40,581 nucleotides of DNA from positions 1-40,581 of IMG/VR virus record IMGVR_UViG_3300005611_000070. One strand, given 5' to 3'. Positions 10,601 through 16,920 of this stretch are shown piece after piece. Origin of the DNA: a virus. Lineage: Duplodnaviria > Caudoviricetes. How positions within the stretch are numbered: the stretch's first letter is position 1; each line of letters begins with the position of its first letter. The position numbers and the translations under genes are program-made. A model generated the notes under the pieces. That model did not search any database. It was not told where the DNA came from and saw nothing but the letters and a program-made list of their open reading frames with translations.

Positions 10601-12080
10601 TAGAGTTACACCAGCAGGTGATGTTACTGCGACTAGTGCAACGATTACAGGGACACTTACCTTAACAAACATAGATGGTACTACTGTAACTTATACTGGT
10701 GGTACTCTTGGTGTAGGAACAATTGGTAGTGGTAATCTTGGTGACAGTGCAATATTTCCAGCAACTTTAAGATATGAAAGAACTAACTCAACTTCAGCAC
10801 CTTCAAATTCAGAATTTAACACAGCATTCGGTAGAAATCCAAAAGCTAATGATATTGTTGTTGTTGTAAGAACAGACAACAATTCACAAGTTGCTTATAA
10901 ACACAATGGCACTGCTTTTGCAGTAATAAATAATTATATTGATGGAGATTTAATTGTTGATGGAACTATTACAGCAACCCAAATTGAGGGTAACACCATT
11001 ACAGCTAATGAAATTGCAACAGGAACATTAACTTCTGCTTCAGGTGTATTTGGTTCTATAAGTGCCAGTGATATTGATACAGGCACACTTAATGCAGCTA
11101 ATGTAACGATAAGTGGTGGAGATGTAACTATTAATAGTTCAGGTATCACAATTAATGGTTCTTCATCATCTATTAATTTAGGTTCAGGTGCATTTACTGT
11201 ATCTTCAGCAGGTGTTATGACTGCAACTGGTGCTACTATTTCAGGTAACTTAACAGCTACATCTTTAAATGTTACAGGAGCAACAGTAACAGGCACTTTA
11301 GATGCTAGTACGATTACTTTAGATGGTGACCCATTAGATGATTTATTTGGTGTTGCGGGTTCAGGAAGTGCAAAAACTTTATCTATTGGACATGATGTCA
11401 AAAATCAGCTTAAAGTTGATGGCACACAAATGATTTATACAGCATATGACAGCTTACAGTCAGATGGTGATGATGCTCTTATAATGAATCACAGTTCTGC
11501 TGAATTTTATCCAGCAACACAATCTGCTGGTTGGCATACAACTACAATATATGCAGGTGATGAAAGTGTAGCAGGTGGAATATTAACAGATAGAATTACA
11601 GTTGATGCTACAGCCACAGGTTTAAATTCAAGTTATCAATTTTATGTTAATGGTGATTCTTATTTTGATGATGATGCACAAATAGATTCTTTAGGTGTTG
11701 GAACAGCAGCTTCAGGTACAACAGGTGAAATAAGAGCTACTAATAATATAACAGCTTATTATTCAGATGAAAGATTAAAAGATTTCAAAGGTAAAATTAA
11801 TAATGCTTTAGAAAAAGTATCTAAATTAAATGGTTATTACTTTACTGAGAATGCAAAAGCAAAAGAATTAGGTTTTAAAAATGATAATTTACAAGTTGGT
11901 GTTAATGCTCAAGAAGTAGAAAAAGTATTACCTGAAATAGTCACTGAAGCACCAATAGATTCTAAATATAAAACAGTATGGTATGACAAATTAGTGCCAT
12001 TATTAATTGAAGCAATTAAAGAGCAGCAAATTAAAATAGAAGAATTAGAGAAGAGGATAGATAATGACACTAGCAAGTAG
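7617..12080 (+). CDS. tail tip / host-specificity protein (gpJ-like) with FN3 domains and C-terminal S74 intramolecular chaperone
   Basis: PRQIIYGKARVGG, IKGKKVYDPR, WSDNPALCVRDY, FN3-like PAAPTNLSA...WNAP...YHFAVRAIN, and YYSDERLKD...LVPLLIEAIKEQQ at the C-terminus. Confidence 0.85.
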   Translation: MAKAIKAAVTVFVVTFLVVTGTAFLLGTTAAALTGMTALQIASASALSTLVGGLMSKGNNSVAENFGTKVATRTATAPRQIIYGKARVGGTITHIETSGTDNYKLSMIVVLAGHEVESLEEVLINDTKLTTTVSGGFNYATNSRFTNSENENKFGVSNSLLRYRFKDGSQTTADSTITSATSLGSTDKFIGMAYMLIEMVFDSEAFGGGIPPLAFVIKGKKVYDPRTSTTAWSDNPALCVRDYITDTIYGLKATSDEVLDTTALGGFSAAANTCDTAAGAITTATVNGAVSNTQTVQIDYATSNTLIDIGQTVSGTGISGSPTVISRSGNLVILSSAQTIADGVTLTFNEELYKANGITNMAADGTGVLEGLLSSCAGKLSYINGKFVMFAGASVTPDMTITDDNLLAPISVATKNSSGETFNTVKAVYVDGNNNYVATDSPVYTDSTLIANDTPSGESQANYRKTLEIQLPFTDTTTMAQRLQRTALLHSRQEVSLSVLCNIAFMQLQPFDWVYITNARLGYTNKTFEVLSTNLEVIESDDVPILATRLNLKEIDASVYSFASNTYTDPIDEGSSVSTGSFSVTAPTGLSLTVDLQLDSATSKVNIDASWTNNPDDLIQGTEILYGTASGTYIGSVLVGKGKTKAVIPNLISNSTYYVVARHFSSNNVFSDNTSEQSVGTGLPAAPAAPTNLSATTGKALVIGLEWNAPSNSDLRAVKVYRHTSSFTPTDDTYLVSTITSEPSETQKITFGLEDGLTAGTTYHFAVRAINFSGTHSTFTSTTTGSFTLVDVGDIDLPDFSGYFHKEGNTTTALTSSQFNTEYGRTPLNDDILVMVNTSASPKVSKAYKWNGSAFVEITNFTTGDLVVDGTIAGDKIIAGDISADRVDADFVSTLNLLTTSATVTNNITIGTGNNVFKAETGVGIQLGHATFGSAPFRVTEGGALTATNATITGEVNATSGTFNGSIAIGSGNSIFKADSNGIYLGNATFSSAPFRVTPAGDVTATSATITGTLTLTNIDGTTVTYTGGTLGVGTIGSGNLGDSAIFPATLRYERTNSTSAPSNSEFNTAFGRNPKANDIVVVVRTDNNSQVAYKHNGTAFAVINNYIDGDLIVDGTITATQIEGNTITANEIATGTLTSASGVFGSISASDIDTGTLNAANVTISGGDVTINSSGITINGSSSSINLGSGAFTVSSAGVMTATGATISGNLTATSLNVTGATVTGTLDASTITLDGDPLDDLFGVAGSGSAKTLSIGHDVKNQLKVDGTQMIYTAYDSLQSDGDDALIMNHSSAEFYPATQSAGWHTTTIYAGDESVAGGILTDRITVDATATGLNSSYQFYVNGDSYFDDDAQIDSLGVGTAASGTTGEIRATNNITAYYSDERLKDFKGKINNALEKVSKLNGYYFTENAKAKELGFKNDNLQVGVNAQEVEKVLPEIVTEAPIDSKYKTVWYDKLVPLLIEAIKEQQIKIEELEKRIDNDTSK

Positions 12081-12636
12081 TGGAACTATGTCTATTGGTG
12101 GTACTACAACTGATAGGTCTATTAATTTAGAACTAGGTAGGAGTGCTACAGCTACTTCATCTATGGGTGAAACTGATTTAAGAAGTTTAGCAGGTGTATC
12201 TTCAGGTGCTATTTCAATGTCTAATTTTTATGGTGCTTCTTTATATGATTGGACTACTACAATAACTGTAGGTTCGCTAACATTTTTTGGTCAATCTTAT
12301 GTGGGTTATGCTCCTAATATAGGTGGCAATCAAGTTGGCTCAACCACTGATACCTCATGTGATTTATATAGCCCAGCACCTACTTGGGGTTTTTATCATG
12401 TAAATAATGGTAATGCTGTCTTTTATGTTTATAGCACAACAGCAACTCCAACAGGTAATGCAGGATGGACTACTGTTGACGTTTATGTTGGTCAACAGAA
12501 CACAAGTGGTTCTCCTAATGCTTCTATTAATAGAACCAGTGCAAGTTATTCAACTTTTACAGGTGTAAGATTTTGGGATTTAGGTAGCACTTTATTTAGC
12601 ATAAGCTCAGTTTATGTAACTTTAGGTTTTAAATAA
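12064..12636 (+). CDS. putative receptor-binding adhesin / fibre-tip protein
   Basis: N-terminus MTLASSGTMSIG...INLELGRS...GAISMSNFYG resembles fibre-attachment domains; aromatic beta-rich C-terminus. Confidence 0.5.
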   Translation: MTLASSGTMSIGGTTTDRSINLELGRSATATSSMGETDLRSLAGVSSGAISMSNFYGASLYDWTTTITVGSLTFFGQSYVGYAPNIGGNQVGSTTDTSCDLYSPAPTWGFYHVNNGNAVFYVYSTTATPTGNAGWTTVDVYVGQQNTSGSPNASINRTSASYSTFTGVRFWDLGSTLFSISSVYVTLGFK

Positions 12637-12830
12637 TGAATTATCAAATAGTACAAAGAGAAGAAGATAATTTTATAAAGTTTTATGTAGCTACTAAAGA
12701 TGATGGTACTACATACGAAGTTCCATGTATTTTAGATGGTAATGGTGATGTTGATACGACAGCAACACAAAACAAGATGGATTCACATATAATAGAATCT
12801 GATTTATTAATGTCTTATTTAGGAGAATAA
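12636..12830 (+). CDS. hypothetical protein
   Basis: 64 aa ORF translationally coupled to the previous gene. Confidence 0.5.
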   Translation: MNYQIVQREEDNFIKFYVATKDDGTTYEVPCILDGNGDVDTTATQNKMDSHIIESDLLMSYLGE

Positions 12831-12832
12831 AA

Positions 12833-12928
12833 ATGGCAATAAAATTAACAAGAACAGTACAAAGGATTGAAGTTTATCCTTTAGCAGATGCTTTAGTACA
12901 AACTGTTGCAGGAGCTATTTGGGCATAA
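12833..12928 (+). CDS. 31 aa mini-ORF, possibly an internally deleted gene remnant
   Basis: AGGAG at 12821-12825; MAIKLTRTVQRIEVYPLADALVQTVAGAIWA, stop TAA 12926-12928. Confidence 0.45.
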   Translation: MAIKLTRTVQRIEVYPLADALVQTVAGAIWA

Positions 12929-12931
12929 ATT

Positions 12932-13282
12932 GTGGATTCAGCAATTCAAGTCATTCAAGAGGTAGGTTTTCCAATAGCAGCAGCAATTGGTTTAGGTTGG
13001 TTTATATACAAACTAATTATGCGTATTGTAGATGGCATGGAAACCAAACTTGATAATGTTGATGAAAAAGTAGAATCACAGATAGCAGCTATTGAAGAAC
13101 GACTTGGTACAAAACTTGACTCACAACACGGAATACTTGTAGCATTAATTGATAGAGTGCGAAGTTTAGATAATGAAATCATAAGACAAGACACCCTCAT
13201 TAAAACTATTCTAGGCGTACCACAGTTAATAGACAGCAGTAAAATAGCAAAGGCGGATAGAGATGACCAAAGAAAAGATTAA
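12932..13282 (+). CDS. small membrane protein (N-terminal TM with GFPIA motif plus coiled coil; YvrJ/holin-like)
   Basis: GTG start with AGGAG upstream; IQEVGFPIAAAIGLGWFIYKL followed by heptad repeats. Confidence 0.55.
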   Translation: MDSAIQVIQEVGFPIAAAIGLGWFIYKLIMRIVDGMETKLDNVDEKVESQIAAIEERLGTKLDSQHGILVALIDRVRSLDNEIIRQDTLIKTILGVPQLIDSSKIAKADRDDQRKD

Positions 13283-13805
13283 GAAAAAAAGAGGTAGACC
13301 AAGCAAGGCAGACCTTGAAAAACTAAAATCTGAACAAGAAAAAGATTTTGTTATTAAAATAGTTGTACTAATTGGATTGGTATTAATCTTAGGAATTTTT
13401 ACTCAACAGCTTTTGGGAGACCAAATAGTCCATAAGTTTAAATCACCATCTTTTAGTGGCATCAATACCAGTTCACATTATTTGACTATTGAAAATCAAG
13501 AGTTCAATAGGAAGATGACAATCAAAGAAGAAATCAAAGCCTTACAAGAACAAATAGAAAGAGATAAAGAAAATACAACATTAGCTAGATTTATGCGTAA
13601 TTTAGAGTCACGTATCTATGCTCAACTATCAAGACAACTTGTTGATAATCTTTTTGGAGAAACGCCACAAACTGAAGGTACTATAGAACTTGAAGGTAAT
13701 ACTATAGAATATACATCTGATGGACAATTTATAACACTTAAAATAACTGATGCAGATGGCAATATCACAGAAATCACATTACCTATTGGTTCTTTTACTT
13801 TCTAG
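13263..13805 (+). CDS. csgF: curli assembly component CsgF-like
   Basis: After a hydrophobic segment: QIVHKFKSPSFSG...ENQ...FMRNLESRIYAQLSRQLVDNLFGE...GTIELEGNTIEY...ITDADGNITEITLP; directly upstream of CsgG. Confidence 0.8.
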   Translation: MTKEKIKKKRGRPSKADLEKLKSEQEKDFVIKIVVLIGLVLILGIFTQQLLGDQIVHKFKSPSFSGINTSSHYLTIENQEFNRKMTIKEEIKALQEQIERDKENTTLARFMRNLESRIYAQLSRQLVDNLFGETPQTEGTIELEGNTIEYTSDGQFITLKITDADGNITEITLPIGSFTF

Positions 13806-14622
13806 TTGTTCCATTAACAGTGTCATTGAGGACACGCAACAGATAAGATTCCAACATAAAAGCAAAGATAAACCTAGTATCTTTTCTTTACAGTCACAAG
13901 ATTTATTAAACGTTCAAGCACCACAAACAAAACCAGTAGTTGCTGTATATCCAACTGCTTTTACAGACCAAACAGGACAAAGAAAGAGCAACAGTGAGTT
14001 TGCTTTATTTTCTAGTGCTATTACCCAAGCACCAAGCAATCTATTAATAAGAGCATTGAAACACGCAAGTAATGGTGAATTTTTTAGGGTTGTTGAAAGG
14101 GTTGGTTTGGATAACTTAACAAAAGAAAGACAAATTATAAGAAGTACAAGAGAAGAATTAGAAGATAAAAAAACTATAATGCCTTTGTTATTTGCAGGTG
14201 TATTGCTAGAAGGTGCTGTTGTATCGTATGATAGTAATCTAATCACAGGTGGTGCAGGAGCAAGGTATTTAGGAATAGGCTCAAGTGTACAGTATCGTGA
14301 AGATACAATCACTGTAAGCCTTAGAATGGTTTCTGTAGCTACTGGTGAAATACTAGTAGAAGTTATGTCTAGTAAGACTATACTTAGCTATGGACAGTCA
14401 CAAGATGTGTTTAAATTCATAGAAATGGGTACTGAGTTAGTTGAAGTGGAATTTGGTGTTTCACGGAACGAGAGTACAACTATAGCCTTAATGAAAGCTA
14501 TAGAAGGTGCTGTATTAGAACTTATTATTATCGGTTACGATAAAGGGTACTGGAAATATGAAGAAAATGAAATTAATGAGCCTGTTTGTGATGATGAGTG
14601 CGTTGCAAACATACGCGGATAA
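13750..14622 (+). CDS. csgG: curli secretion channel CsgG (outer-membrane lipoprotein)
   Basis: Lipobox LLLSSC; VAVY..FTDQTGQRK, SSAITQ, FRVVERVGLDNLTKERQIIRSTR, LEGAVVSYDSN..TGGAGARYLGIG, VSLRMVSVATGEIL. Confidence 0.92.
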   Translation: MQMAISQKSHYLLVLLLSSCSINSVIEDTQQIRFQHKSKDKPSIFSLQSQDLLNVQAPQTKPVVAVYPTAFTDQTGQRKSNSEFALFSSAITQAPSNLLIRALKHASNGEFFRVVERVGLDNLTKERQIIRSTREELEDKKTIMPLLFAGVLLEGAVVSYDSNLITGGAGARYLGIGSSVQYREDTITVSLRMVSVATGEILVEVMSSKTILSYGQSQDVFKFIEMGTELVEVEFGVSRNESTTIALMKAIEGAVLELIIIGYDKGYWKYEENEINEPVCDDECVANIRG

Positions 14623-15292
14623 CGAAATTTATGTAGACCAAAGCGGTAATACTGCTTCCATAGATTTAGAGCAACTTGGTAGCTCTAACCTTATTGGTGG
14701 TAGTTCTGCTGTATCAGGAACTATGACTGCTCTTGACCTTGATGGTATTAGTATGACTTTAGATATTAATCAGATTGGTTCAAGCAATATCTTTAGGTCA
14801 GATGCTATTGATGGTGATAACTTTACTGGATTCTTTGAGTTTGATGGTGATAGTAATGTTATGGATATCTTATTAAATAGCACTGGTCTTATAAGTGCAG
14901 ATTACATAAATCTATATTTAGATGTTACTGGTAGTAGTAATGAATTTGATTTAGAAATAGCAGAAAATGCTGATTCATCTTATCTTGATTTAGACTGGAC
15001 AATCTTAGGTGATTCTAATGAATTAAATTTTGATATTGATTATGCTAATGCTATTAATTTTCTAGATATCAATGGTGGTTCAAACACTATCAACTTTACA
15101 GCTAGTGGATATTCAGGAAACACATCATCTGATTCAGGATATTTTTATATGGATTTAGATGGTAGCAGTAACACATTTAACATCATACAATCATCAACAC
15201 TTGCAAGGGATTGGTTAAAAATTGAAACTTCTACTTCTAACTCTAATATTTGTATCACTCAAAATGATGGGGGAACAGCAACAGGTTGTTGA
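14558..15292 (+). CDS. secreted curlin-like repeat protein (CsgA/CsgB-like)
   Basis: Sec signal ending TYA-D; about 8 beta-arch repeats (IDLEQLGSSN, LDINQIGSSN, FEFDGDSN, LDVTGSSN, WTILGDSN, LDINGGSN, MDLDGSSN) resembling QxGxxN curlin repeats; follows csgG. Confidence 0.65.
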   Translation: MKKMKLMSLFVMMSALQTYADNEIYVDQSGNTASIDLEQLGSSNLIGGSSAVSGTMTALDLDGISMTLDINQIGSSNIFRSDAIDGDNFTGFFEFDGDSNVMDILLNSTGLISADYINLYLDVTGSSNEFDLEIAENADSSYLDLDWTILGDSNELNFDIDYANAINFLDINGGSNTINFTASGYSGNTSSDSGYFYMDLDGSSNTFNIIQSSTLARDWLKIETSTSNSNICITQNDGGTATGC

Positions 15293-16319
15293 TATAGGTG
15301 ATATATCAGAACTAAATGGTGTTGCACGAATATTAAGAGATGAACCATTACAAGCTGAATTAAACCTCGGCATACAAAGTAATGATGAAGCCATAACTAC
15401 TAATGGTCGTATGGCTATTACCTTTCTTGATGATTCAACAGTTAGATTAACAGAACACTCTGAATTACTAATTGACGAATATATCTATGACCCTGACCCA
15501 TCTAAATCTAAGATGGCACTTACCTTTGGATTAGGAACAGCAAGGTTTATAACAGGCAATCTAAACAGAATTGATAAACAAAACATACAACTTAAAACAC
15601 CCACAGCAAATATAGCGATAAGAGGAACAGACTTCACAGCTACTGTAGACGAGCTAGGGCGTAGTTTAATTATATTGTTGCCTGATGCTTATGGACTATC
15701 TAGCGGTGAAATAGAAGTCATTACAGCTACTGGTAGCGTACTTTTAAATAAACCTTTTCAAGCTACAACAGTTTCAGTATTTGAGAACGCACCAAGCAAA
15801 CCAGTTATCTTAGATTTAACATTAGACCTTATAGATAATATGTTGATTGTTACACCACCTGAAGAACAAATTATTGAAGGTGAAGAAGTTGTAGTGCAAA
15901 AGAAAAACATCTTAGACTTTGATGATTTAGATATAGATTACTTAGAAGAAGATTTTTTAAAAGAAGACAAATTAGAGTTTACAGAACTAGATATAAATTA
16001 TCTTGATGTAAACTTCCTAGAAGATTTATTAGATGTTATAGATGCTTTAGAAGTTGTAAAAGAAGAAGATGCTTTAGAACAAGATGCTATATCTACAAAT
16101 ATAAAAGGCACAAGGTTTGGTCAAGATTTAGATACACAAATAACAACTTTTTATACTGCTGAAAAATTAACTCTGCTTAGAAGCGTAGAAAGTACAGCAA
16201 GAATAGATATAGATGGTAGTGCAAGTTATACTGTTATCTTTATCCAAAATGGTGTGTCAAACATAGTCACGATTAATGGTGGTGAAGGTAGCACAATCAA
16301 AATAACCCAAGAAAATTAA
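15222..16319 (+). CDS. periplasmic FecR-domain protein with acidic linker
   Basis: TTG start with hydrophobic N-terminus; TTNGRMAITFLDDSTVRLTEHSELLIDEY...GTARFITG...LKTPTANIAIRGTDF is a FecR signature. Confidence 0.8.
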   Translation: MKLLLLTLIFVSLKMMGEQQQVVDIGDISELNGVARILRDEPLQAELNLGIQSNDEAITTNGRMAITFLDDSTVRLTEHSELLIDEYIYDPDPSKSKMALTFGLGTARFITGNLNRIDKQNIQLKTPTANIAIRGTDFTATVDELGRSLIILLPDAYGLSSGEIEVITATGSVLLNKPFQATTVSVFENAPSKPVILDLTLDLIDNMLIVTPPEEQIIEGEEVVVQKKNILDFDDLDIDYLEEDFLKEDKLEFTELDINYLDVNFLEDLLDVIDALEVVKEEDALEQDAISTNIKGTRFGQDLDTQITTFYTAEKLTLLRSVESTARIDIDGSASYTVIFIQNGVSNIVTINGGEGSTIKITQEN

Positions 16320-16328
16320 TTTAATTAA

Positions 16329-16419
16329 TATTCCAAAATGGGTTTACATTCCTGTAAAAATCATTATACTAAGTTATATAAATTGATAAAACGCTTTAAA
16401 AAGCAGGGAAAATAAAATG
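16329..16419 (+). promoter_or_regulatory. sigma70-type promoter plus conserved leader (copy 1)
   Basis: TTTACA 16343-16348, 16 nt spacer, TATACT 16365-16370; TATTCCAAAATGGGT at 16329-16343; ATAAATTGATA, GCTT-TAAA-AAGC hairpin, AGGGAAAATAAAATG. Confidence 0.7.
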
Positions 16420-16863
16420 AGAAACCTAGACGAAATCAAAAACAAAATAGCAAACTATGACTATATGTCATATGAGCAATATAAGAATCTAAAAGAAGAA
16501 ATCTTTTCTTTAGATGACGATTCCATATCAGAACTTTATGGAACAACTATGGAAAGAATAGATGAAAACGAAACAGAATTATATTTCTTAGAACTTGAAT
16601 TAGAAGAAAGAAATATAAAACATTGGTATGCAAGAACTAAATACTTCAAAAAACTTTACAGCGATGTTTCAGACTATATGCTTGATTTGTTTGAAAAAGA
16701 AATGGAAAAACCAATTGAACAAAAACTTGCTGAAGACAGCACAGAACTCGTACAAAATTATTTAGAGGTTTTAGAGACTTATGAAGGCGATATGTTAAAG
16801 CCTGAGGTTGTACAAAAACATATTCAAATATGTAAAGAAGTTTTATCATCAAGAGGTTTATAA
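16417..16863 (+). CDS. hypothetical acidic helical protein (stand-alone moron-like unit)
   Basis: 148 aa ORF with its own promoter and terminator. Confidence 0.65.
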   Translation: MRNLDEIKNKIANYDYMSYEQYKNLKEEIFSLDDDSISELYGTTMERIDENETELYFLELELEERNIKHWYARTKYFKKLYSDVSDYMLDLFEKEMEKPIEQKLAEDSTELVQNYLEVLETYEGDMLKPEVVQKHIQICKEVLSSRGL

Positions 16864-16879
16864 AAACCTCACTTAATTC

Positions 16880-16904
16880 AAGGCTCTTAATTGAGCCTTT
16901 TTTT
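16880..16904 (+). terminator. rho-independent terminator
   Basis: AAGGCTC-TTAATT-GAGCCTT followed by a T run. Confidence 0.75.
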
Positions 16905-16920
16905 GTGCTATTATTTTGTG

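Noticed and set aside
1991-11401. Many minus-strand ORFs opposite tail genes (e.g. 4141-4686, 7069-7467, 10934-11401)
   Set aside because: Antisense shadows of well-supported structural genes, with no recognisable motifs.
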